DNA of 35,370 bases, from the NCBI GenBank assembly GCA_038523235.1, contig JBCBJQ010000062.1:1-35370 (forward strand). The letters run 5' to 3'. Positions within the stretch are counted from its first letter, which is position 1. Each line of letters opens with the position of its first letter. The translations under genes were made by a program, and so were the position numbers. A model generated the notes under the pieces. The model searched no databases. It saw nothing but the letters and a program-made list of their open reading frames with translations, and was not told the origin of the DNA. Positions 8,368 to 17,320 of this stretch are shown here, in pieces. The DNA is from Cyanobacteria bacterium J06626_4 (GTDB lineage Bacteria; Cyanobacteriota; Cyanobacteriia; Phormidesmidales; Phormidesmidaceae).

Positions 8368-10449
8368 ATGAGTCAGGGCGGCAGAGAAGCATCCGGACAG
8401 CTGACGCTGCAGCGAGGTGGTGAGGAAATTTTGCTGGCTCCGGCGCGCGATCGCTTGACGACCCGACTGACTTCGCCTGAGGCCGTGGATGCCTTGCGGA
8501 CGGTGGTGTCGCCGGTGGCGGTGCGCCCTGTCGCGCGGGGACAACTGGTGGAATGGCAGGTCGAACCGCAGCGGTTAGAGACCTGTTTGGCCACGGTGCG
8601 ATCGCAGCCGACGGTGGCGTTTGCCAGCCGGGTCTATCAGCCGGTGTCGAGTCCCCGCACGTGGATTTATCTGACCGATCAGCTCACAGTGCAGTTTGAC
8701 CCGGCAGTATCGCGATCCGGGATCGCGGCGATCATCCTGCCCCACGGCCTGGGGGAGGCGACCGCATTGGCGGGCATTCCCAACACGTTTATTTATCGGG
8801 TAACGTCGCAGGCGATCGAGAATCCGGTCAAAATTGCCAATCGACTGATCGGCTGCTCAGAGGTGTTGACGGCAGAGCCCAACGTTGTGGTTGAGACCGC
8901 ACCCCTCTATCGCCCGAAAGATTCGCTGTATCGCCAACAGTGGCACCTGTCGTCTGCCGCTGGGGTGGACGTGGGGCCGAATGCCCATATCTCAGTCGAA
9001 CCGGCTTGGGATGTGACGCGGGGCAGTCGTTCGGTGGTGATTGCAGTGAGTGATGACGGCTTTGATCTCGATCATCCGGATCTGCAGGGCCTGGGCAAGC
9101 TCGTCGCCCCGATGGATCTGAAGGCGGGGGATGCAGTGCCCTTGCCAACCGACACCAACGACAATCACGGCACTGCTTGCGCGGGCCTGGCGATCGGCGA
9201 AGAAAATCAGGACGGGATTGTCGGCGTCGCTCCTGGCTGTGCCCTGATGCCCATTCGCACCACGGGATTTTTGGACGATGAATCGGTAGAAAGAATTTTT
9301 CAGGGCGCGGCACGCCAGGGCGCGGCGGTGATTTCCTGCAGTTGGTCACCGGCGGCGATTAAATTTCCCTTATCGTTGCGGCAGCGGAATGCGCTGACCC
9401 AAGCGGCCACGACGGGGCGCGGGGGCAAGGGCTGTGTGATTGTGTTTTCGGCGGGCAATGCCAACCGACCCGTCAGCGGCGCAGTTTCTGAAAAGGGCTG
9501 GCCGCGCAACGCCATCAGCGGCACCACAGAGTGGCTGAGCGGGTTTGCGGTGCATCCAGACGTGATTACGGTGTCGGCCTGCACGAGCTTAAATACGAAA
9601 GCCGTATACAGCAGCTGGGGCCAGCATGTGGCCTTGGCCGCACCGAGCAACAACGGCCATCCCAGCGTATCGCTGCCGGAGGTGGGCACGGTCAAAACGG
9701 GGCCGGAGGTGTCAGGCGGGATGCGCGGACGTGGCATGGTGACCAGCGATCGCACTGGCACTGCAGGCTACAGCCGCGAGGCCTATACCGATACCTTTGG
9801 CGGCACGTCGAGTTCTTGTCCGGTCGTCGCGGGGGTGGCAGGACTTGTGCTGTCGGTGAACCCGAACCTCACGGCGCGGGAGGTGAAGCAGATTTTGCAG
9901 CAAACGGCGGACAGAATTACCGACCCGCGCCCCGATCCGCAGTTGGGCCTGCAGCATGGCACCTACGGCAATAACGGTCATTCACAGTGGTTTGGCTATG
10001 GTCGAGTGAATTCCCAAAAGGCGGTGCAAGAAGCCCGACGACGACTGTGGGCCGGGCGCACCTATCAGCGCACCGTGGAGCTATCAGAGGCTGCGCCAAC
10101 GTCGATTCCCGATAATCAAACGACGGGCATCGTGCGATCGCTGCAGTGTCGTGAGTCCGGCACGGTGCAGGATCTGGCGGTGCAGGTCGAGCTAACTCAC
10201 GAATTTTTAGGCGATATCCGGGTGTATTTGGAGCTGCCGACGGGGCAATCGCTGCTGCTGCAGGGGCGATCGCTGGGCCAGCGCCAAACGTTAGACCAGC
10301 GGTATGACCTGAGCAACACGCCGGGCTTGATGCGGGCGATCGGCGGCGCAGCGGCGGGCAAGTGGCAGCTGCGGGTGAGCGATCATGCGCCGGGGCATAC
10401 GGGGCAGCTGGTGGGCTGGCGGCTGACCTTGGCGTTGGCATCGTTGTGA
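8368..10449 (+). CDS. S8 subtilisin/kexin-like serine protease with C-terminal P domain (similar to cyanobacterial PrcA-type proteases)
   Basis: Triad motifs IAVSDDG, NHGTACAG, FGGTSSSCP; oxyanion SAGN; P-domain THEFLGDI...GKWQLRVSD; no obvious signal peptide. Confidence 0.93.
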   Translation: MSQGGREASGQLTLQRGGEEILLAPARDRLTTRLTSPEAVDALRTVVSPVAVRPVARGQLVEWQVEPQRLETCLATVRSQPTVAFASRVYQPVSSPRTWIYLTDQLTVQFDPAVSRSGIAAIILPHGLGEATALAGIPNTFIYRVTSQAIENPVKIANRLIGCSEVLTAEPNVVVETAPLYRPKDSLYRQQWHLSSAAGVDVGPNAHISVEPAWDVTRGSRSVVIAVSDDGFDLDHPDLQGLGKLVAPMDLKAGDAVPLPTDTNDNHGTACAGLAIGEENQDGIVGVAPGCALMPIRTTGFLDDESVERIFQGAARQGAAVISCSWSPAAIKFPLSLRQRNALTQAATTGRGGKGCVIVFSAGNANRPVSGAVSEKGWPRNAISGTTEWLSGFAVHPDVITVSACTSLNTKAVYSSWGQHVALAAPSNNGHPSVSLPEVGTVKTGPEVSGGMRGRGMVTSDRTGTAGYSREAYTDTFGGTSSSCPVVAGVAGLVLSVNPNLTAREVKQILQQTADRITDPRPDPQLGLQHGTYGNNGHSQWFGYGRVNSQKAVQEARRRLWAGRTYQRTVELSEAAPTSIPDNQTTGIVRSLQCRESGTVQDLAVQVELTHEFLGDIRVYLELPTGQSLLLQGRSLGQRQTLDQRYDLSNTPGLMRAIGGAAAGKWQLRVSDHAPGHTGQLVGWRLTLALASL

Positions 10450-10480
10450 CCGAGTCAGGCATCGTTTAGAACACCGGTAC

Positions 10481-10547
10481 AGAAACCCGGTTTCTGGGGC
10501 CGAAAGGGTCTGATTCCGTCGTTGATTGATATAAAAACCGGGTTTCT
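10481..10547. repeat. Pair of AGAAACCSGGTTTCT palindromes in inverted arrangement (dispersed cyanobacterial repeat)
   Basis: AGAAACCCGGTTTCT (10481-10495) and AAAAACCGGGTTTCT (10533-10547), between convergent genes. Confidence 0.75.
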
Positions 10548-10567
10548 CGCAAGACTGAACCGATGCT

Positions 10568-11053
10568 CTAGGAACGGGCGATCGCGGTTTCCTTGTCGGC
10601 ATTCAGTTCACTCAGCCAGCGGCGGGTCAAAAACCCCACGATGAAAACATTGATGGCAAAAAACAGCACCTTAGTAGGAGATGGGTGGTGCCAGACCTCA
10701 AACACTTCGAGGGGAATCAAGGCCGCCACCAGCAAAATGAACAGCGGCTCCGCCCAGGTCAGGCCCAGCCACAGACCGATCGCGGCGGTTTCAATCACTA
10801 GGCCATAAACGCCGGTCAGCTCAGCAATTTTAATCAAGACCTTGGGCTGAGTGCTGACCAAATGCTCGATCAGCCAGCGCATAAAGTCGTATTCGGCGGT
10901 GAGCAAATAGCTGTCGGCAAATTGACTCAGTGCGTCGTAATAGCCCCATCCCAGCAGACAGACTGCAGAGATTGCCAACATCAGCCCTCCGAAGATCATC
11001 TTTTTGATCACGAGTATTTTGGTCAGTAGCGAGAGCTGACGGGGATAAGACAC
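10568..11053 (-). CDS. DUF2127-like membrane protein
   Basis: Four TM segments; AIGLW..TWAE and LIPLEVFEV motifs; GTG start. Confidence 0.8.
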   Translation of the reverse strand: MSYPRQLSLLTKILVIKKMIFGGLMLAISAVCLLGWGYYDALSQFADSYLLTAEYDFMRWLIEHLVSTQPKVLIKIAELTGVYGLVIETAAIGLWLGLTWAEPLFILLVAALIPLEVFEVWHHPSPTKVLFFAINVFIVGFLTRRWLSELNADKETAIARS

Positions 11054-11476
11054 TTCAACCAGAGAAAATAATGCAGCAAAACCACCTTATCCCAAACCTC
11101 TGCAATCTGCTGCCGTAGTCGGACGGAATCAAACTAATCCACTAGCACAACGACAAGCCTGTCTTTGTTTGAGACTAAGGCGATGCTCAGGGAGTCCCGC
11201 AAAAACTCGGACGAGTCTCGAAAAGAGGCTTCCGCTGCTAGCTGGATCCAAAAATGCATTTCAGGCTAAGCAGTTGTCTCAAGCTTGGACTTGAAGCGCC
11301 TTTTTAGGGTCTAGAATTGGCTCTTCCGAGTCTCATGAAGAGATTTTTGGCAATGCCCTGCACGATCCGTAGGCAATTTTGTCCTAGATCAAGACTTAAG
11401 AGAGCGCAACTGAGTTCTACGAATTATTGCTCAGTTGTTGGCTCAATCAACCGCGTAAGGTGGTGCTTCTGGCTCG

Positions 11477-11842
11477 TTATTTATCGGGAATGGGAAGGCC
11501 ATGTTGTCTTAGAAACGAAAGCTTGTCCCAGTAGCCGCGCTGAAAGGTTATTCGTTCTTCGACGATGTGGAAGAAGCCACAGCCGCGAAGCCCGAGAGGA
11601 TCGCGCCATTCCAAGATAGCCCAGTCGCCGTCTTCAAACAGGTTTTCGATGATGCAGATCATCTCTGCGGTGGCGAATTCGCGGGCAAACATGTCGCGAA
11701 TGGCGGCTTGACCTTTGACAGGGCTTCCGGTGACCTGGTGATTAATCGCGTCTTCGGTGTAAAAAGCTGCGAGGGCATCAGCATCTTGCCGATTGAAGGC
11801 TTCTACCCAAGCTCGGATGATAGCTTTCGGTGACTGGGACAT
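11477..11842 (-). CDS. NTF2/SnoaL-like family protein
   Basis: WVEAFNRQDADALAAFYTEDA...ILEWRDPLGLRGCGFF...QRGYWD. Confidence 0.9.
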   Translation of the reverse strand: MSQSPKAIIRAWVEAFNRQDADALAAFYTEDAINHQVTGSPVKGQAAIRDMFAREFATAEMICIIENLFEDGDWAILEWRDPLGLRGCGFFHIVEERITFQRGYWDKLSFLRQHGLPIPDK

Positions 11843-12410
11843 GGCAAAAGCAGAGAGGATGAGCTTAATTCATTCGTTTACTAACTCATACAGTTTGAGT
11901 TTGAAACGCCACAAATTGGAGGACGGGGTATAGTGGCCCCTAAAGTAGCAAAGCGGAGATCGCTGGGTTCCCTTCAACGATAAAATCGCTACTACAACAC
12001 ATTTGCGATGTATGACTCTCAGGATAAGTCTCGATGTCCTGAAGCCACTTGACCTAAAGATGGCCTGAATGGAGATTTGGTAGTACGACTGAAACGCCCT
12101 AAATTGGTGAGACTCATCGCTCCAGCAATCATCAGCATAAATTGGCTGTAAGCCTTTTTTGAAATATGTTTGATCGCCAGAAAATTGATTCGGACTCCTG
12201 GATTAACAGCAGATCGCTCGTAAGGTTCACCTCATAAACCCAAGCAATCCTTGCGGGCTGCTGAATGTTTCGTGTCCGACGCCAGAAATCGTATGTATGG
12301 CAGAGGGTAAAAAGGTGCCGGGTTTAAGGTGCAGGAAATAGCCTTGCTACAAGCGATCCAGCGATTTAGAGTGGCCAAACTTGACTGCGGCTCGCTGTAG
12401 GCATGGTGAC

Positions 12411-12445
12411 AAGTCGACTGGTCTTACGATAAGACCAGTCGACTT
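12411..12445. other. Perfect 16-bp inverted repeat (hairpin)
   Basis: AAGTCGACTGGTCTTA-CGA-TAAGACCAGTCGACTT; no U-tract on either side. Confidence 0.7.
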
Positions 12446-12633
12446 CCAAGTGAGTCCCAAAAGTAATCAGGCAAGTCTCATGAAAAGACTGAGTTCTAGA
12501 GCTTTGGTTTTCAGGTGAGGAAGCGGTGGTTTTGGGTGATCTTTTGGTTTTCTGTTTCAGCCCTGCTCTCTAAGTGGCCCGTGTCAGCAGTTTGGATCAA
12601 GAGACTCGGTACGAGCCCGGAGTTGAAGGCGAT

Positions 12634-13875
12634 TTATCTGGGGTGATGTTGCGCAATCGCTGTGAGATTAACGGCCTGCAAAATAGGGCGGGTGTCGGCA
12701 TCGGGGTAATGCACGACGCTCAACTTGTTGGGCTGTAGAGCCAATGCTGAAGACGCTGAGGGTAGAGAGAGCAGATGGTTTAGAAAGGCTTGTAGTGAGT
12801 CAGGCTGGGTCACGGCAAGCAGGGTTGTCAGGCCGTTGGTTGTGGACTGCGCTTGGAGTGATTGGCTGATCGCTGCCTGCCACTGCGGCCAGAAGTGCGA
12901 TCGCTGCACGGATAACACGACCGTTTCAGGATTGTGGGTGAGCACCGATTCAGCAATGTGACGACAGGCGTAGGGCTGAGGGCCGGTAGCGGTTTGGTGG
13001 TCTTCGACGACTGCCGCTTGAATGGTAGCCGCTCGCAGCAGTGAGGCCAGAGTGGGGTCGGGTTTGAGGCCAGGCTGATAAGGCAGGAGCAATAGCCTCA
13101 CGCCTTGTTTGCCAGCTTTGAGTTTGGGTAAATGGGGTACGGCGATCGCGCTAGGGGCAGAGCCTAGGGTTAGATTCAGCAGGTGCAGCTGAGTCGGTTG
13201 GTGGGGGGTGGCATCCACATCAAAGACGGTGAGCCCGCTGTGGGTTTGTTGCAGGCTGTGATGGTTTTGGGCGGAGCGTTGTAGGGCGGTATTAATCAGC
13301 GCTTGATTGGTGCCGCCATGACTAACGATGAGAATCGTCTGACCCTGATGGTGGGGCAGGGTGATGTGCCAAAACTGCTGGGCGCGTTGATAGAGATCAC
13401 GCACCGGGTAAAAGGGCTCGTCCCGTTCCACCCGCATTTGAAACTGGTGGGGAGTGGTTTGCCAAGTGTGGTAGGCCGCTGACTGGTGCGATCGCACGTC
13501 TGCATAGCGCAACCCTTCCCACGCCGGCAGGCTAATCTCGCGCAGTAGGTTGTGGGTGCTCACGCGTTTGAGCGTTGGGGTGGTGAGGTAGGGCAAGAGG
13601 GCGGCAGCGGTATCTTTTGCCCGTCTTAAGGGACTGACGTAAACCGCCTGGATGGGGCAGTGGGTGAGGTATTGCCCCATTACTTGAGAGGCGGCAAGGC
13701 CGCTGGGGGTGAGCTGGCCGACATCGCTGCTGCCCTGATAGCAGCCCGCGTCGTTGCGATCGCTGCGACCGTGGCGCAGCAAAATGACGCGGGTACTGGT
13801 GGGCGCGACGGGTGGCAGATCGTAGCTGGGGAGGAAGGTTGACGGTGGGGAGGGGGAACGGAGTTGGGCAATCAT
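12634..13875 (-). CDS. Histidine phosphatase family protein (intact N-terminal domain, degenerate second domain)
   Basis: LLRHG, SPLRRA, LREI, SHGG. ATG 13875 chosen because the longer ORF reads through a purine-rich heptamer-like tract. Confidence 0.88.
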   Translation of the reverse strand: MIAQLRSPSPPSTFLPSYDLPPVAPTSTRVILLRHGRSDRNDAGCYQGSSDVGQLTPSGLAASQVMGQYLTHCPIQAVYVSPLRRAKDTAAALLPYLTTPTLKRVSTHNLLREISLPAWEGLRYADVRSHQSAAYHTWQTTPHQFQMRVERDEPFYPVRDLYQRAQQFWHITLPHHQGQTILIVSHGGTNQALINTALQRSAQNHHSLQQTHSGLTVFDVDATPHQPTQLHLLNLTLGSAPSAIAVPHLPKLKAGKQGVRLLLLPYQPGLKPDPTLASLLRAATIQAAVVEDHQTATGPQPYACRHIAESVLTHNPETVVLSVQRSHFWPQWQAAISQSLQAQSTTNGLTTLLAVTQPDSLQAFLNHLLSLPSASSALALQPNKLSVVHYPDADTRPILQAVNLTAIAQHHPR

Positions 13876-13962
13876 GGGAGTGAGGAGGGTAGCAGGGTGG
13901 GGAGTAGAGCGTGGAGGGTGAAGGGTAGGGGAGCACTGGAGCAAAGGGTGAGGGTAGGGAGA
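13876..13962. repeat. Degenerate G-rich heptamer-like tandem tract (STRR-like)
   Basis: GGGAGTG, GAGGGTA, CAGGGTG, GGGAGTA, GAGGGTG, AAGGGTA, AAGGGTG in the ABC-phosphatase spacer. Confidence 0.55.
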
Positions 13963-13978
13963 ATGACGAGGGTTCAGT

Positions 13979-15817
13979 CTAGGAAGTGCCGACGGCTAAG
14001 GCGGATTGATTTTCTTGCAGGCGATAGAGCCGGGCGTAGTGACCGTTGAGGGCCATAAGTTCTGGATGGGTACCGCGTTCTTGTAGCTGACCCTGTTCGA
14101 TATAGAGGATTTGATCAGCGTCTTGGACGGTGTGGAGGTTGTGAGAAATCCAGAAGGTGGTGCGATTTTGGGTCAGTCGCTGCAGGGCCTCGGTGACGAG
14201 ATGTTCACTGGCGTTATCGAGGCCGGTGGTGGGTTCATCCAGAATGACGATCGCGGCGTTGCGCACGGCGGCACGGGCGATCGCGAGGCGCTGGCGCTGC
14301 CCGCCAGATAAGGTGGCACCGCGTTCCCCAAGGGCGGTGTCGTAGCCGTTGGGTAGGGCCATGATGAACTCGTGGGCATTGGCGAGTTGGGCCGCGGCCA
14401 CAATGTCATCGGGGGTGGCGTGGGGGTTGCCGTAGGCAATGTTGTCGCCGACGCTCGTGGCAAAGAGCACGCTATCTTGCAGCACGATGCTGATCTGGGG
14501 GCGTAGTGAGGCGAGGGTATATTCGCGCAGGTCGTGGCCGTCGATCAGGACGCCGCCTTCAATCGGGTCGTAAAGGCGCAGCAGTAGGCTCACCAGGGTT
14601 GATTTGCCACTGCCAGAGGGGCCGACGATCGCCACCTGCTCTCCCGGCTGCACGGTAAAGCTCAGGTTGCGTAAAATGCCCTGCTCGGGGCGATAAGCGA
14701 AGGTGACGTTTTGGCACTGCACGGCTCCGCGAAAAGGCGGAGCGGCGATCGCGCCCCGGCAGTCACGGACGTCGGGCTGAATTTCCATCAGACTAATGAT
14801 GCGTTCGCCCGATGCGGTGGCTTTGGCGATTTGCCCGGTGTATTTCGCCAGCTGCCGCATGGGCTTGAAAGCGACTTTGAGGTAAGTGATGAAAACGAGC
14901 AGGTCACCGGGGGTGACTGCACCCTGGATGGTGAGCTGCACGCCACGCCAGAGCACGAGGGCCGTCGCCACGGCCACGAGGATCTCAACCAACCGTTCCT
15001 GCCCCGCTCGCAGCCGCTGCGCTTCGGCGCTTTCCTTCAGGCTCTTTTGGTTTTGCTTGGCAAAGGATTTTTCCAGCATGGATTCCAGCGACAGCGCCTG
15101 CACCACCTGCATGGCCCCGATCGCCTCCGCTGCTGAGGCCGCCATCGCGCCTTCGCGCTTACGTTGTCGCCGGGCCACGGTCTGAATTTTGCCGCCCATG
15201 TGGCGAGTCGTGAACAAAAATAGGGGCAAAATCGCGATCGCGATTAGGGCCAGCTCCCAGTTCAAAAAGAACATGACGCCAACCATGCCCAGCAGGGTCA
15301 GCGTATTGGCTAGCAACGGCAGCACGGCGACAACGGTGACCTCTCGCAAGCGCTCAATGTCGTAGGTGACGCGAGTGATCAGGTCGCCACTTTTGGCCTG
15401 ATTGTGAAAGGAGAGGGATAGCCGCTGCAGGTGACTGTACAGCGTGCTGCGAATGTCGGTCATGATGCGGGTCGCCGCGACGGCCATGTTGACCGCGCTG
15501 ATGTAGGCAAACATGCCGCGCAGGGCGGCAATTAGCACCAGGGCGACCGCTAATGCCGTAAGCAGGGCCATGGGCGACAGGTTCCACAGCCCTGGCAAAC
15601 TCGCCGAGTCAGCCTGAAACCCCGGCAGAATGACGCGATCGAACATGAGCTTGAGGGGCCAGGGTTCCAGCAGGCGCATGGCCGTTTCGGCCAGGAGAGC
15701 CATAAAAGCGGTGCCGATTAGTCGCTGTTGCTGCCGCAGATAGGGCCAAAAGTGGCGCACGATTTTGCCAAGGCTGGGCAACGCGGCCCCCAGAGTTTGA
15801 GCTTTTTGTTTAGACAT
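13979..15817 (-). CDS. ABC exporter, fused permease/ATP-binding (MsbA/MdlB-like)
   Basis: TM domain with LLEPWPLK, GPSGSGKS, LSGGQRQRLAIARA, ILDEPTTGLD; ATG 15817 (MSKQK). Confidence 0.93.
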   Translation of the reverse strand: MSKQKAQTLGAALPSLGKIVRHFWPYLRQQQRLIGTAFMALLAETAMRLLEPWPLKLMFDRVILPGFQADSASLPGLWNLSPMALLTALAVALVLIAALRGMFAYISAVNMAVAATRIMTDIRSTLYSHLQRLSLSFHNQAKSGDLITRVTYDIERLREVTVVAVLPLLANTLTLLGMVGVMFFLNWELALIAIAILPLFLFTTRHMGGKIQTVARRQRKREGAMAASAAEAIGAMQVVQALSLESMLEKSFAKQNQKSLKESAEAQRLRAGQERLVEILVAVATALVLWRGVQLTIQGAVTPGDLLVFITYLKVAFKPMRQLAKYTGQIAKATASGERIISLMEIQPDVRDCRGAIAAPPFRGAVQCQNVTFAYRPEQGILRNLSFTVQPGEQVAIVGPSGSGKSTLVSLLLRLYDPIEGGVLIDGHDLREYTLASLRPQISIVLQDSVLFATSVGDNIAYGNPHATPDDIVAAAQLANAHEFIMALPNGYDTALGERGATLSGGQRQRLAIARAAVRNAAIVILDEPTTGLDNASEHLVTEALQRLTQNRTTFWISHNLHTVQDADQILYIEQGQLQERGTHPELMALNGHYARLYRLQENQSALAVGTS

Positions 15818-15845
15818 GGTGATAAGACGACGGTTTGGGGGGTGT

Positions 15846-15906
15846 TGGTGCGTTAGCTCAACGCACCACCCAATGGGCCGATGCGTCATCGCCAAGCGAT
15901 GACGCA
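15846..15906. repeat. Two REP-like hairpins (GTGCGT...ACGCAC family)
   Basis: TGGTGCGTT-AGCTC-AACGCACCA (15846-15868) and TGCGTCATCGC-CAA-GCGATGACGCA (15882-15906). Confidence 0.7.
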
Positions 15907-15966
15907 CCCAACGATAGCAACAGTCACTGGCTGATAGGATGCAAGACTTTTTGCTCTCCGGAGATG

Positions 15967-17016
15967 CTAAGCCGCAAGATCGCGAACGTTGCTGGCTGAG
16001 ACAACGGGGCGTTTGGGCAATTTGACGCGGTCTGGATGCTGACGATAATAGCGATCGCTCAGCCAGCGGTTAATCTGGCGATCAAGAGCAACCAGGGGAC
16101 GCATAACGGCAGGGGGTGCTTGCCCTCCTAGCAGCCGTTTAACCCAGGGTTTGATAAACGCCTGATGACGCCGGTAGCCTAGACGGCGATAGCGCTTGCG
16201 AAAGTATTTATCTTTTTTGGGCAGATCCCACTTTTTGCGGAAATACTTGAGACTCCGAATTTCCCATTCGTCGCTCCAGCGCAGCATAAAAAAGGTCAGG
16301 TCAGAGGGCCGCCACAGCACGGCTGGCAGATAGGTAACGACGGCAGCGGGCTCGCAGTAAACGGTGCCGCCGACCCGTGCCAGAGTGAGGCAAAAGTCGA
16401 TGTGTTCGCGGGTGCTCAGCAGGTTTTCATCCAGGGGGCCGATGGTGTCGAACAGCGATCGCCGCACGAGCACACAGTGAAATTCGGCAAATTCGCACTG
16501 ACGACGCTGCAGTTGGTCTTGCACATCGGCCACAGCCCGATTGACGAAGTAATGCTTTTCATGGACTCGCCGCTGGTGATCGTCCCCTTGGACCTGCAGT
16601 ACAATGCGGGCTTCGCCCCCGGCCAGGTGAATTTTGTGGCCAAGGGGTTGGCCAATGCAGGTGAGCGGACAAACGGCAGTCGCTTGGGTCTCATTTGCGC
16701 AGGCAACGAGGTGACGCAGCCAGCCGGGGGCCACTTCGACGTCGTTATCGATGAAGACGACGTATTCGGTGGTGGCTTTGGCTAGGCCGAGATTGCGGGC
16801 CTGGTTGGGGGCCAGGTAGCTTTCGGTGCGCACGATCTCAAAGCCGTGCTCGATGGATTTTTGCTGGAGATAGTCGCGGGTCTGGCGCGGGGAGCCGCCG
16901 TCGACATAAACCAGCTGAAAGGGCAGCTCGGTGTTGGTATAGAGGCTTTCGAGCGCCTGGCGAGTGTGGCTAAAGCGCTCGCGCGGCGAGACGATGAGGG
17001 TGATGTTGGGATGCAT
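15967..17016 (-). CDS. Glycosyltransferase family 2
   Basis: VYVDGGS, ARNLG, VFIDND (DxD), EHIDFC; basic C-terminus; ATG 17016 (MHPNITL). Confidence 0.9.
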   Translation of the reverse strand: MHPNITLIVSPRERFSHTRQALESLYTNTELPFQLVYVDGGSPRQTRDYLQQKSIEHGFEIVRTESYLAPNQARNLGLAKATTEYVVFIDNDVEVAPGWLRHLVACANETQATAVCPLTCIGQPLGHKIHLAGGEARIVLQVQGDDHQRRVHEKHYFVNRAVADVQDQLQRRQCEFAEFHCVLVRRSLFDTIGPLDENLLSTREHIDFCLTLARVGGTVYCEPAAVVTYLPAVLWRPSDLTFFMLRWSDEWEIRSLKYFRKKWDLPKKDKYFRKRYRRLGYRRHQAFIKPWVKRLLGGQAPPAVMRPLVALDRQINRWLSDRYYRQHPDRVKLPKRPVVSASNVRDLAA

Positions 17017-17113
17017 AGCAAATAGAAGGATAGGTGGACGGTGAGCAAGGCCTGATCGTTCAGATTCAGGCTGGACGGGCGCAACTGTCACGCCTGTAGG
17101 AGATGGTTAAAAC

Positions 17114-17221
17114 AACCTGAGGTCGGGATAAGACTGACAAGGGATCTGCGGATAGTTGGAGGGCCAAATCCCCTCCTGGGAGGGGAAATTAACCGGTTTT
17201 GCCTTAACCCGAACTGACGTT
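17114..17221. mobile_element. 108-bp MITE with 19-bp terminal inverted repeats and target-site duplication
   Basis: Left AACCTGAGGTCGGGATAAG versus right (rc) AACGTCAGTTCGGGTTAAG, 15/19 match. AAAAC flanks both sides (17109-17113, 17222-17226). Internal hairpin TCCCCTCC-TG-GGAGGGGA. Confidence 0.8.
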
Positions 17222-17320
17222 AAAACAACATTTCGATCGCCGGGGCTGGGCACGGTCACACCCTGACAGAGAGAATCTTTGAATACGATCTGTGGTTTGG
17301 GCGCAAACACTTAACGGGCC

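Noticed and set aside
11880..12300. AraC-like fragment (LTNLGRFS) on the minus strand
   Set aside because: Surrounding frames do not give a coherent HTH and stops are frequent; the match is too short.
17107..17310. 67-aa ORF between GT4 and GT2
   Set aside because: More than half overlaps the MITE; no coding signature.
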